From: Candidatus Heimdallarchaeota archaeon
Lineage (GTDB): Archaea; Asgardarchaeota; Heimdallarchaeia; Hodarchaeales; Hodarchaeaceae
NCBI GenBank assembly: GCA_020353515.1
Contig: CP070695.1
Span: 193,683 to 212,847, forward strand
Length of the DNA: 19,165 bases
Direction of reading: 5' to 3'
Shown here piece after piece: positions 8,516 through 17,893 of this stretch. The notes beneath the pieces were generated by a model that saw nothing but the letters and a program-made list of their open reading frames with translations, searched no databases and was not told the DNA's origin. The position numbers were made by a program, and so were the translations under genes. Numbering within the stretch: position 1 is the stretch's first letter; every line of letters starts with the position of its first letter.

Positions 8516-9475
8516 TTAATGTTTCACTTTTAATACGACATCAAGGACCATTTTTCCATCGTTCAAGGTTATGAATGGTGTTTCTCTATTTTTTACACAT
8601 TTTAGAAAATATGTGACTTCCTCAACAAACATATCATTTCTCTCATAGTTCTTTGGCGTATGGAAGACTTTCTCTTGTTTTTTAATGCGATCAAATACGG
8701 TTAGAGAATTACTGTAATAATCCCAAAATATTTTCCCCTTTTCAGCGATAATTTCGAGAGTTCTTTTGGGAGGATCCTGAATATAATCAAGGAAAATCGA
8801 ACCAATTATTTCATTCTCATGCTTAAGGTTTATAATAGAACACTCATCTGTATTCGTGGTTAATACTCTTTTTTCACTTAAATGACCATATGCTTCTTTA
8901 ACAGAGCCAAAAAGCCATATCGCTGTATCTATATCATGACTCAATGTCAGAAGTGATCCTCCTCCTAATTCATCTCTGGCACTGTATCCTTTTCGATAAT
9001 CCTCCCATGGATGCCAGTTTGGGAGATATTCTCCATACATACTTCTATAACCAACAACTTCTCCGAGAGTTTCGTTTAAGAGAATATCTCTTATTCTCTT
9101 CAAGAGCGGATGGAATCGCATATTATAACCCACCATCGTAGTAATACCTTTCTCTTGTACAAGTTCACTAAATTTATCTAATCCTTCTAATGAATTTGAT
9201 ATGGGTTTTTCAATAAATAAGTGAGCAGTAGTTCTTTCTAAGACTTTTAATGCCATTGGCACATGCATACTAGTAGGATTTGTTAAGAATACAACCTTTG
9301 GGTTTTCATTAATGGCTTCATCAAAAGCAAAGTACTCTGTTATGTTATTTTTCTGACAAAATTCCATTTTTTCTGGTCGTGATCTATAAGCAATGAGATC
9401 ATGATACCCTAGTTTCTTCAGATTTGTTGCGTGTCTTTTTCCTATTGATCCAAGTCCAATCATTAAAATTTTCAT
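8516..9475 (-). CDS. Gfo/Idh/MocA family NAD(P)-dependent oxidoreductase
   Basis: IGLGSIGKRH, LFIEKP, VGYNMRFHP, YLPNWHPWEDYR and GGGSLLTLSHDID. Confidence 0.9.
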   Translation of the reverse strand: MKILMIGLGSIGKRHATNLKKLGYHDLIAYRSRPEKMEFCQKNNITEYFAFDEAINENPKVVFLTNPTSMHVPMALKVLERTTAHLFIEKPISNSLEGLDKFSELVQEKGITTMVGYNMRFHPLLKRIRDILLNETLGEVVGYRSMYGEYLPNWHPWEDYRKGYSARDELGGGSLLTLSHDIDTAIWLFGSVKEAYGHLSEKRVLTTNTDECSIINLKHENEIIGSIFLDYIQDPPKRTLEIIAEKGKIFWDYYSNSLTVFDRIKKQEKVFHTPKNYERNDMFVEEVTYFLKCVKNRETPFITLNDGKMVLDVVLKVKH

Positions 9476-9724
9476 CTAAATACACCGTTTTTGTTGCTTA
9501 TAAATCACCAAGGCAAAATAATCAAAAATTTGTGTAATTATTTTAATCTGATGGTTTTTTGAAAGTGCTTTAAACAATTTATAGGTATTTCCAAGTGAAA
9601 TTTGTACATGTTATGGAAACTTCTGATTTTTTCATTAATGCTTTAAAATAAATTCAATTATTGCCCATTGATTTAATTAACTCTTTTTACAACTTTATTT
9701 TCCTGATCACAACTAAAATAATCT
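9476..9724. promoter_or_regulatory. Divergent promoter region between the oxidoreductase-SDR-neuA and neuB-HAD units
   Basis: About 250 bp of very AT-rich spacer with several TTTAAA/TTTATA TATA-like hexamers. Individual elements cannot be assigned. Confidence 0.45.
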
Positions 9725-10633
9725 ATGATATTAATAGAAAAGAAGTGTAAAACTTTGAAGGAGATTATTGTTGGAAATAAGCGGATTTCAGAAGATTCAC
9801 CTGTATTTTTCATTGCAGAGATTGGTATAAATCATAATGGTGATTTGGATCTCGCAAAAGAAATCATCGATATTGCTGTTTTTTGTGGTGCGGACGCTGT
9901 TAAGTTTCAAAAACGTACTTTAGAACTTTCTATTCCACAGGAAATAAGAAATAGGGCGAAAGAGACCCCTTGGGGTGAGATGACCTATTATGAATATAAG
10001 CAGAGATTAGAATTCGGAGAGTCAGAATATAAGGAGATTGATAGGTATTGTAGGGAGAAGGGAATAATGTGGTCTGCTTCTGCTTGGGATGTTCCTAGTT
10101 TAAATTTTTTAGAAGAAAGGGAAGTTCCTTTTCATAAAATTCCATCACCACAATTGACAAACAGGGAATTACTTGTTGCAGCAAGAAAAACCAATAAACC
10201 TGTGTTTTTAGGAACTGGGATGAGTACTATAGAGGAGATGGAAAAGGCTATTCACATTTTCAAAGATTACCCATTAATAATAATGCACTGCAATTCTGAC
10301 TATCCTTCTAAAAATGGTGATTTGAACCTTTCTTATATCCCTAAGCTAATAGAATTATATCCAGATCATATTATTGGTTATAGTGGGCATGAGGAAGGAA
10401 TTTCAGCCAGTCTTGTTGCAGCAACATTAGGCGCAAAAGTGATTGAAAGACATGTAACCAAAAATCGAGCAATGTGGGGTACGGACCAAGCAGCATCAAT
10501 AGAATTAAGTGGATTGAGAAGAATAGTCCGTGATTTAAAGAAATTACCAATTTGGTTAGGAAATGGTAATAAAGTGGTGACACCATCTGAAGAGCTGATG
10601 AAGAAAAAATTAAGGAATGTGAAAACTCTTTAA
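9725..10633 (+). CDS. neuB: NeuB-family nonulosonate synthase lacking the C-terminal SAF domain (KDN-9-phosphate synthase-like)
   Basis: IAEIGINHNGD, DAVKFQKR, KIPS, GMST, MHC..YP, GYSGHE, IERH and WGTDQAAS. The protein ends just after the barrel. The start may be the TTG at 9755. Confidence 0.92.
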   Translation: MILIEKKCKTLKEIIVGNKRISEDSPVFFIAEIGINHNGDLDLAKEIIDIAVFCGADAVKFQKRTLELSIPQEIRNRAKETPWGEMTYYEYKQRLEFGESEYKEIDRYCREKGIMWSASAWDVPSLNFLEEREVPFHKIPSPQLTNRELLVAARKTNKPVFLGTGMSTIEEMEKAIHIFKDYPLIIMHCNSDYPSKNGDLNLSYIPKLIELYPDHIIGYSGHEEGISASLVAATLGAKVIERHVTKNRAMWGTDQAASIELSGLRRIVRDLKKLPIWLGNGNKVVTPSEELMKKKLRNVKTL

Positions 10634-10715
10634 TTTGATTTTCTTAGGCTAAACTACTTATTAAACAAATTCAAAGAAAATAAACTTGTGATTATTTAGT
10701 TTTAATGGTTGTGCG

Positions 10716-11225
10716 GTGAAAAATATCAAAGAAATAAGTTTAGAACCCTTTGAGGCCATCAAAAAGGTAAAAATGGCTATTTTTGATGTTGATGGAATAT
10801 TTACTGATGGCTGTGTCTATGTTGATTCGAAAGGGAGAGAACTGATAAAATTTTCCAGAATAGATGGAAAAGGAATAGAATTGTTAATAGAAGCAGGTAT
10901 TCATATTGGTGTTATTTCTTCAGAAGCTAGTGATGTAGTCAAGTTCAGAATGGGAAAACTTAACATTTCTGAGGTTTATCTAGGTATCAAAAATAAATTA
11001 GAGATTTATAATAGAATAAAAGAGAAATTTCACCTTACAGATAAGGAAATTTGTTATTGCGGGGATGATCTTCAAGACATCCCGGTCTTAAGACAATGTG
11101 GGTTTTCCTGTTGTCCAAAAAATGCCCAAGATGAAGTGAAAAATATTTGTGACTATATCTCAGAGTACGAGGGAGGCAGAGGTTTTGTTAGAGATATATG
11201 CAACAAAATATTAAGTGCCATTTAA
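10716..11225 (+). CDS. HAD C0 phosphatase of the KdsC family, KDN-9-phosphate phosphatase-like
   Basis: FDVDGIFTDG, ISSE, KNKL, GDDLQD and GGRGFVRD. GTG start. Confidence 0.88.
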   Translation: MKNIKEISLEPFEAIKKVKMAIFDVDGIFTDGCVYVDSKGRELIKFSRIDGKGIELLIEAGIHIGVISSEASDVVKFRMGKLNISEVYLGIKNKLEIYNRIKEKFHLTDKEICYCGDDLQDIPVLRQCGFSCCPKNAQDEVKNICDYISEYEGGRGFVRDICNKILSAI

Positions 11226-11300
11226 CTAAATTAACATTAAATGTTGTCATCATCGTTTTTAAATGACTTAAATAATCTTAAGATTTATCCCACGAAATGG

Positions 11301-12680
11301 ATGAAAATGACCACCAATGTTGCTGTAATAGGCATGGGGTATGTTGGAATCCCCATTGCCGTCTTACTCGCCGATAAGGAAATCTTTAACGTTACTGGCG
11401 TTCAACGACGTTCAAAGCGATCAGGGTGGAAGATTGATTATCTCAATCAAGGGAAATGCCCTATTAAAAATGAACCTGATCTCCCAGAACTGATTTCAAG
11501 AGTGGTTAACGAGAAAAAAACTTTCTCAGTGACGGATGACATTTCTGTTGTTAAGAACATGGATTATGTACTAATCGATGTTCAGACCCCGACCGATGAA
11601 CAGCATATTCCACAATATGTGTCTTTAAAGGAAGTCAGTCATCAGGTTGGTCAACATCTATCAAAAGGAACTACTGTCATCATTGAGTCCACCTGTGCTC
11701 CAGGGACAACTGATTTCATTGTAAAACCTATTCTAGAAGAGGGTTCATCATTTAAGTGTGAAGAAGATTTTTTTCTTGCTTTTGCCTATGAGAGAGTCAT
11801 GGTTGGCAGGTTAATCTATAACATCTTGAATTATCCACGAATAGTTGGTGGAATTGGGGCCGAAAGCTCAGAGAAGGCAAGTTGGTTATATAAACAGGTT
11901 TTAAACAGTGAGGTTGTACAAACCACCGCACTCACGGCTGAACTCGCGAAAGTAGTGGAAAACACTTACCGTGATGTAAATGTTGGCTTTGCAAATGAAG
12001 TAGCATTAGTTTGTGAGTCATTGGGAGTAGATGTTTATGAAGTACGGGATCTTGTAAATAACCTCCCTTTTATAGAAGGAAGAGGTAATCCTCATCGAAA
12101 TATGCACATACCAGGGGCTGGTGTGGGAGGCCATTGCCTTCCTAAAGATCCCTGGTTATTGAAATATGGTGTCACACAATATGGAAAGAACCCTGTCCCA
12201 TTGAATGTGATTGAATCCAGTCGCTTCCGTAATTTATCCATGCCAAAACATGTTGTTCATCTCTTGAAAGAATGTGAAGCTGAAACCAATCGTAAGAATT
12301 CTAAAGATCAGAAAATCGCAGTTTTAGGTGTAGCTTTCATTGAAGATTCTGATGATCCCCGAAACACTCCTACACAAGATTTAGTGAATTTCCTCATTGA
12401 AGAAAATTATCTATATGCAGTTCACGATCCCTTTGTACGCCAAGATGAGGTAGAATTCCCTTTCTCATCGAATTTAGAAGAAGTTATCCGCGATTCGGAC
12501 GCGGTAATTGTTGTTACAGCCCATCAAGAGTATAAAAACTTGGATTTAAGCTACATTAAATCCTTAATGAAAGACAATCCGATATTAATTGATGGAAGAA
12601 AGACTTTTGATCCTAAAAAAGTAATTCAACAAGGTTTCAGCTATCGAGGAGTGGGTCGGGGCCAGTTTAGAACGGGTTGA
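11301..12680 (+). CDS. Nucleotide-sugar 6-dehydrogenase (UDP-ManNAc/UDP-GlcNAc dehydrogenase, WecC/WbpA-like)
   Basis: VIGMGYVG, DVQTP, IESTCAPGTT, AELAKVVENTYRDVN, PGAGVGGHCLPKD and DDPRNTP. The start is more likely ATG 11301 or 11307 than 11241. Confidence 0.92.
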   Translation: MKMTTNVAVIGMGYVGIPIAVLLADKEIFNVTGVQRRSKRSGWKIDYLNQGKCPIKNEPDLPELISRVVNEKKTFSVTDDISVVKNMDYVLIDVQTPTDEQHIPQYVSLKEVSHQVGQHLSKGTTVIIESTCAPGTTDFIVKPILEEGSSFKCEEDFFLAFAYERVMVGRLIYNILNYPRIVGGIGAESSEKASWLYKQVLNSEVVQTTALTAELAKVVENTYRDVNVGFANEVALVCESLGVDVYEVRDLVNNLPFIEGRGNPHRNMHIPGAGVGGHCLPKDPWLLKYGVTQYGKNPVPLNVIESSRFRNLSMPKHVVHLLKECEAETNRKNSKDQKIAVLGVAFIEDSDDPRNTPTQDLVNFLIEENYLYAVHDPFVRQDEVEFPFSSNLEEVIRDSDAVIVVTAHQEYKNLDLSYIKSLMKDNPILIDGRKTFDPKKVIQQGFSYRGVGRGQFRTG

Positions 12681-12708
12681 GCGATTTAGTAGAGTTTCTT
12701 TGACTAAT

Positions 12709-13338
12709 TTAGATCAGTTTCCATCGAATCACTTCAAAAGCTTCAGCGTATTTCTCCTTGATTTGAACCCCCCTTGCGATTGCTAATCCTCGTACGAATT
12801 CTGGATTCACATATTCACGATGTGATTGGCTCTTATAGCACAGTAAAGCTTCTATTTTCTTCTGTACATGTTTTTCTTGTAAAACACTAAAACACTGAGT
12901 TCTAAAAGTGATATTATTCCAGGGTAATTCATAACCTAAAATAGAATCGGTTTTAAATGCTCTAACCCCTTCTTGTGAAAGTGTAGTATGGTCTTGGTGT
13001 AAATCATTTGGTGAAGGTAAGAAAATAATTTCTGGCTCTAATTCTTTCCGGAGTTTCACTAACTCTTCTAGAATATCCTGCCGATTATAAGAAAATCTTC
13101 GTACAGGATAATCATATAGCTTCAGGTGATCTTGAGGAAGACCTAACACGTCTGCTGCCTTTTTTATTTCCTTTATCAAAGTATCATCGGGTAATTCAGG
13201 ATTTATTGATGCTCTTGCACATGAAAAAGCAGCTAAATACAACTCTCTCTTCTGTTCTATGAGTTTTGCAATACTCCCACCCATTGAGAGTTCTCCATCA
13301 TCTGTATGAGGGGCTAACACTAAGATTCTTCCAGTCAT
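12709..13338 (-). CDS. PIG-L/LmbE family zinc deacetylase
   Basis: APHTDDGELSMGG, DLHQDH, YKSQ and YAEAFE. A strong AGAGGAG immediately precedes ATG 13338, supporting that start. Confidence 0.9.
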   Translation of the reverse strand: MTGRILVLAPHTDDGELSMGGSIAKLIEQKRELYLAAFSCARASINPELPDDTLIKEIKKAADVLGLPQDHLKLYDYPVRRFSYNRQDILEELVKLRKELEPEIIFLPSPNDLHQDHTTLSQEGVRAFKTDSILGYELPWNNITFRTQCFSVLQEKHVQKKIEALLCYKSQSHREYVNPEFVRGLAIARGVQIKEKYAEAFEVIRWKLI

Positions 13339-13502
13339 TTTTACTCCTCTTAATCCTGTCAATTCAAAAATGTTTAGTGATGTGAATGTTATTCATCAAT
13401 ACATAAAGATACTAGAATATCTCTAACTTCTCTTAATTCGCTATAAATCCTTTTTAACAGATATTTAAACCTTGTATTTCTCTTTTCTGAATCATCATAA
13501 TT

Positions 13503-14222
13503 TCATGATATAATAGAGGAGAAAGTTTGAAAATCATCAATAGCCTCGACAAGTGTCTGAAAGTCTTCTTTCTCTTTCCTAGAGTAAACCCATTTGTAAG
13601 GGTGAGTAAGTAACACAATAGTTTTTCCCTTAGAAGCAGCCTCAATTAACCAGGTGATTGGATAGCGTACAACATCACGATAATTTTCATCAAGCCAAAA
13701 AGATCCTTTAAAAACTTGCAATTCGCCCATTTGAAGCGGTTCTAAGGTTGGGATCTCCTCGTTTCCAGTAAAATATCGTAGATTCATTTCTTGGCCTAAT
13801 TTGATTAAAGAAGGAAAATCATATTCTACTGTATGATACTTTGAAAGCTTGAGCTGACCTGATCCATGTTTTGAGTACCCTAATATCGGTGTGGGAAGAT
13901 TTTTAGACAATTCCTGGAGATCATCTTGAAAATATCTTAGAGAGGCTGTTCTTTCTGCATGATAGGCGATTTCGTGCCCTGAGCTGAGTAACTCTTGTTG
14001 AAATTTTCTATTTGGTCTGGATTGTACACGAAAAAACCATGTGGCAGGAATCTTGGCTTCTCTTAAGGTATGAAAAAGGGATTTTGCTTGAGCGAGATAT
14101 CCAAGAAAGTCGTAACGAATAGGAAATCTTCGATAATTTGTGGAAAAATAATTTAACACCTTTTTTGGAAATGAATAATAACCATAAGGATTATCAACGT
14201 CAATTCTTAGAATAATAGGCAC
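13503..14222 (-). CDS. Polysaccharide deacetylase-like (NodB/GH57-type barrel) protein
   Basis: ILRIDVD, ATWFF, GHEIAYH, SKHG and LLTHP. AAGGAG lies upstream of the GTG. Confidence 0.7.
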   Translation of the reverse strand: MPIILRIDVDNPYGYYSFPKKVLNYFSTNYRRFPIRYDFLGYLAQAKSLFHTLREAKIPATWFFRVQSRPNRKFQQELLSSGHEIAYHAERTASLRYFQDDLQELSKNLPTPILGYSKHGSGQLKLSKYHTVEYDFPSLIKLGQEMNLRYFTGNEEIPTLEPLQMGELQVFKGSFWLDENYRDVVRYPITWLIEAASKGKTIVLLTHPYKWVYSRKEKEDFQTLVEAIDDFQTFSSIIS

Positions 14223-14237
14223 AAAACTTTCTCCTTT

Positions 14238-15425
14238 TCATTTACTTTTTTGAGGAGCTGAAAAAAATTTTCTGATTGATGATATAAAGGATAGTATGAA
14301 TTGCCAGCTAAGTGGAGATAGATCCCATTTTTTGATATCAGTACTATCCTTTTGAGCACATAATTGTAAATATGCTCCTAGTGACTTTATCTTTGAGGAG
14401 GAATCATAAATGTGTTTCACCCCCATAGGAAATGGCCAACCATGGACCTGTCCCACGTTGTACCTGAGAGTTGGAGGAACGTCTCCCTCGACTGCAACTT
14501 TGTATAGAAGATATGGGAAGTTTACTCCTGCTGCGATAGCGAGTCCCAAGGTTCCCCAAAACTTGGGATTCACCTCCAAAAGACGAGGATGATTTTCATT
14601 ATCCATTTTAAACTCTAACATCGCCACTCCATGCCATCTCAAGTGTGTCATTAATCGTTGACTGTACCGTACAAGTTTAGGATAATCTACCGTGATGTTC
14701 AGAGCACCAGAACCACCATTTACAGGATAACACAGGACTCTTTTTTGAGCAACGGCGGCTCGCATCTTACCATGAACAAATAACACTAACACGTCATAAA
14801 TATCTCCAGGGAGATATTCTTGAAGGATTGGGTGAGAATAATCAATTATGTCCTCTGAACTCTCCTTTTCTCTGGAAAATTCAGAAAATTCCCTAAGTAC
14901 CTTTTTAAGCCCTGATTTAGAATAAGCATATTTAACCTGACCAGTTCCACTTCCTTTCCGTGCTTTAACAATCCATGGAAATGATAAATGAGTAGAATAA
15001 GATAGTGCATCCCTTACTGACGTTACACTATAGGTTTGGGGAGTTGGTATTTTCAATTTTGTTGCTATTTCCATAACTCGCTGTTTATCATGAGCCTGAA
15101 CATAAGTGTGATAATCTACCACTGGCACCGTGGTATATTGTTCTAGTTCCTCTTTATACTTGGAGACCAGAGTAAAGGTGTCAATTCCTACGGGCATCAA
15201 AACATTGACGGTTTTTTTTCGCAGATAAGTAATTAAAAAACGCCTGAATTCTTCGGGAGTCCTTCTAGGAGACGGATATAAGACTCTAGCGCTAGGTAAT
15301 TTCGAATAGAAGCACAGACTTCTTTTCTTGAAGCTGCCAACATTTACCTTAATGTTATTCGATACTAATGCCCTTAAAGCAGCGAGACTGTTTTTATACT
15401 CTGCATTTGTAAGAAAAACACTCAT
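14238..15425 (-). CDS. ATP-grasp carboxylate-amine ligase family protein
   Basis: AHDK, FPWIVKARKGSG, ILQEYLPG, GVAMLEFK, LLEVNPKFWG and GVNFPYL. Confidence 0.88.
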   Translation of the reverse strand: MSVFLTNAEYKNSLAALRALVSNNIKVNVGSFKKRSLCFYSKLPSARVLYPSPRRTPEEFRRFLITYLRKKTVNVLMPVGIDTFTLVSKYKEELEQYTTVPVVDYHTYVQAHDKQRVMEIATKLKIPTPQTYSVTSVRDALSYSTHLSFPWIVKARKGSGTGQVKYAYSKSGLKKVLREFSEFSREKESSEDIIDYSHPILQEYLPGDIYDVLVLFVHGKMRAAVAQKRVLCYPVNGGSGALNITVDYPKLVRYSQRLMTHLRWHGVAMLEFKMDNENHPRLLEVNPKFWGTLGLAIAAGVNFPYLLYKVAVEGDVPPTLRYNVGQVHGWPFPMGVKHIYDSSSKIKSLGAYLQLCAQKDSTDIKKWDLSPLSWQFILSFISSIRKFFSAPQKSK

Positions 15426-15668
15426 TAATGAGTTACTCCGTCTAATAGTAACATTAATTCATTTTAACAATTAATTTATTATCTATAACAAAAGTTAAAC
15501 CTTATTTTCCTATTAATCTTCCGTTCTTCTCAAACATCTATAAATTGTAAAACTATTGTTAGATAGGTGGGAATTGCACATAGGATCACAAAGGAAATAT
15601 ATCTGATCTAATTCTTCTGTCTTGAGTCTGTTTAGGAGTTTGAGCGATAAAACTGGAGATAATTCCCT

Positions 15669-16757
15669 TTGAGAGTTTTGCATATAGAGGAAAATTTAGT
15701 CAGCACGCGAGCAGAAAGATTTATACAGTTGGATTCCAAACTTGGACACAATGTTGGATTTCTAGGCGGATTTGAACGGCCTCCGACTCCAAAATTAGAT
15801 ATATTGGATAATCTCGCTCTTTATCACGTCGGCCTCAATCGGGGATTTTTTCTGGGGAGGATTTCAAATGATCATTATGAGAAATTAGGGGCAGCGATAG
15901 ATGATTTTGATCCTGATATTATACATGCTCACAATATTCATTTTTTGAATTTTGTTCAGATTTACCTGAAAAAAAATCGAGTGGAAATTCCTATAGTCTA
16001 TAATGATCATGAATTCTGGTCAGAACGAGCAAGTCTCATTTATAAAGATCATCTCTCTTCTTTGAATTTAATCAAGTCCTTACAAACCTATTATAAATTT
16101 CGTTTATTCAAAAGGTGGGAAAAATCTTATGTCCCAATTTCAGCAGTACTCACCGTCTCTAAGGAAATTGCTGACGCGCATTCAAAAAAATATACCCCGA
16201 AATTCGTCTCCTACATTCCAAATATGCCTACTAATGCTGAATTGAATAAAGCGAGATTTGATGATCGTGAAGAAGAAAGAACTGCAGTATATGTTGGACC
16301 AGATTTTTCCAAAAGAGAAAATCCTTTTCGTGATGCAAGAGGACTGCTCAAAATGTGGAGAAAAAAAAGACCTGCCAAATTGATCCTTCTTGGTGATCCT
16401 TTTGCTCATACGGATGAGTCCGTTAAATCTCTAGGCCGTGTTCCTCATATGAAGATTTACGAATATTCAAGTAACGCTCATTTCGGTCTTCTCCCATACC
16501 TTCCACATTATTTTCACGAATATTGTAGCCCAAATAAGATTTACATCTATATACACTCAGGAGCCTTACCTATTCTCCCTAAAAAACTTAGATTTGAGGT
16601 AGATGTCCCACGATTTTCTACTGCAGAGGAATTTTTTGCCATCTTATCTAATTCGCCTCTCCCCGATGTTGATGAGGTTAAAATGATAGCCAAAGACACT
16701 TTAATTGCTGACCGATATTTAGAAAATTTAAAACAGGCTTATGAGATAACTCAATGA
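15669..16757 (+). CDS. Glycosyltransferase, GT4-like (divergent)
   Basis: RVLHI N-terminus, DFDPDIIHAHN, IVYNDHEFW, VLTVS, LGRVPH and SPNKIYIY. TTG start with GGAG upstream. Confidence 0.75.
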   Translation: MRVLHIEENLVSTRAERFIQLDSKLGHNVGFLGGFERPPTPKLDILDNLALYHVGLNRGFFLGRISNDHYEKLGAAIDDFDPDIIHAHNIHFLNFVQIYLKKNRVEIPIVYNDHEFWSERASLIYKDHLSSLNLIKSLQTYYKFRLFKRWEKSYVPISAVLTVSKEIADAHSKKYTPKFVSYIPNMPTNAELNKARFDDREEERTAVYVGPDFSKRENPFRDARGLLKMWRKKRPAKLILLGDPFAHTDESVKSLGRVPHMKIYEYSSNAHFGLLPYLPHYFHEYCSPNKIYIYIHSGALPILPKKLRFEVDVPRFSTAEEFFAILSNSPLPDVDEVKMIAKDTLIADRYLENLKQAYEITQ

Positions 16758-16780
16758 TATTAACAAACAGAATTAGAGAA

Positions 16781-17893
16781 TTAAAGCTCTCGGACCGTGG
16801 GGATCCTAGGAATAGTTTTACTTAATTCTTTTAATATTCGCTTTGATGCTTTTCCATCACCATAAATCGAATATTTAGCAGCTATTTTTTTATTGATCAT
16901 TTCTTCAATCGCTTGGGCTATCAATTCTGGATTGTTTCCTACTATTTTATTAGCTCCTTCCTCAACGGTTTCCAACCATTCTGTTTTGTTTCTTAACGTT
17001 ACACAGGGAACTTCTAATAAGTATGCCTCCTTTTGTAAACCCCCCGAGTCAGTTAACACCAATTTGGAATTTACGACTAAATTTAAAAAATTATGATATG
17101 ATTGGGGATCTATCAGTCTAATAGACGATGGCAATTCGATTTTTGATTTTTCAATGATTTTTCTAGTGTGTGGATGAATAGGAAAAATAGAAGTAATTCC
17201 AGTTTCTCCAATCGTTAGAAATATTTCATTGAGTTTTTCTGAGTCATTTAAGGTTTCACGTCTGTGAAGAGTCATTATTAAATAATCTTTCTTCTCAATT
17301 CCCAAATTTTCAGCTGCAGACTCAAATATCTTCCTATCAATTATCGCTTCTTTTTCTGAAATCAATAATTCTTGCATTGTATCGCCAGTAAACATGATAG
17401 TGCCAAGAACTGATTCTTTTTCTAAATTCTGAATAGCCATTTTAGTTGGAGTAAAGAGAAGGGCCGACCCGTGATCAATTAATCGTCTGTTAATTTCTTC
17501 TTGCATCATTAAATCAAAACTTCTTAATCCTGCTTCAATATGACACACAGGAATTTTTAGGAACATTCCTGCTAGAGCTCCAGCCAAAGCTGAATTTGTG
17601 TCTCCTGGAATTAACAATCCATCATAATTTTCCTTCTTGAGGATTGGAATTAGTTTTTTGAGGATCATTCGGATATGATAGTCTGTGGATCCTGAGCGTA
17701 CATCTAGTTCGTAATCAGGAGAATCCATTAATAGATTTTTAAAAAACACATCAGAAAGATAAGAATCATAATGTTGCCCAGTGAAGATATGGACAATTTC
17801 AATCTCAGTCAGCGTTTCGACATTCTTAATAAGGGGTACGGATTTAATAATTTGTGGTCTGGTTCCTGTAACAAGTGCATACTTTTTTACCAT
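16781..17893 (-). CDS. wecB: Non-hydrolysing UDP-N-acetylglucosamine 2-epimerase family
   Basis: GTRPQIIK, TGQHYD, GDTNSAL, HIEAGLRS, EEINR, TLHRRE, TDSGGLQKEA and YGDGKAS. The start is probably ATG 17893. Confidence 0.92.
   Translation of the reverse strand: MVKKYALVTGTRPQIIKSVPLIKNVETLTEIEIVHIFTGQHYDSYLSDVFFKNLLMDSPDYELDVRSGSTDYHIRMILKKLIPILKKENYDGLLIPGDTNSALAGALAGMFLKIPVCHIEAGLRSFDLMMQEEINRRLIDHGSALLFTPTKMAIQNLEKESVLGTIMFTGDTMQELLISEKEAIIDRKIFESAAENLGIEKKDYLIMTLHRRETLNDSEKLNEIFLTIGETGITSIFPIHPHTRKIIEKSKIELPSSIRLIDPQSYHNFLNLVVNSKLVLTDSGGLQKEAYLLEVPCVTLRNKTEWLETVEEGANKIVGNNPELIAQAIEEMINKKIAAKYSIYGDGKASKRILKELSKTIPRIPTVREL

Noticed and set aside
10716-11225. KdsC implying Kdo/LPS synthesis
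   Set aside because: No kdsA or kdsD in the window, the gene is adjacent to neuB, and it has Glu rather than the Arg of the ITGR motif.
16781-17893. NeuC hydrolysing epimerase feeding NeuB
   Set aside because: The motifs (GDTNS, HIEAGLRS, TDSGG) are those of the non-hydrolysing family, not the GDRxE / GNSS motifs of NeuC.
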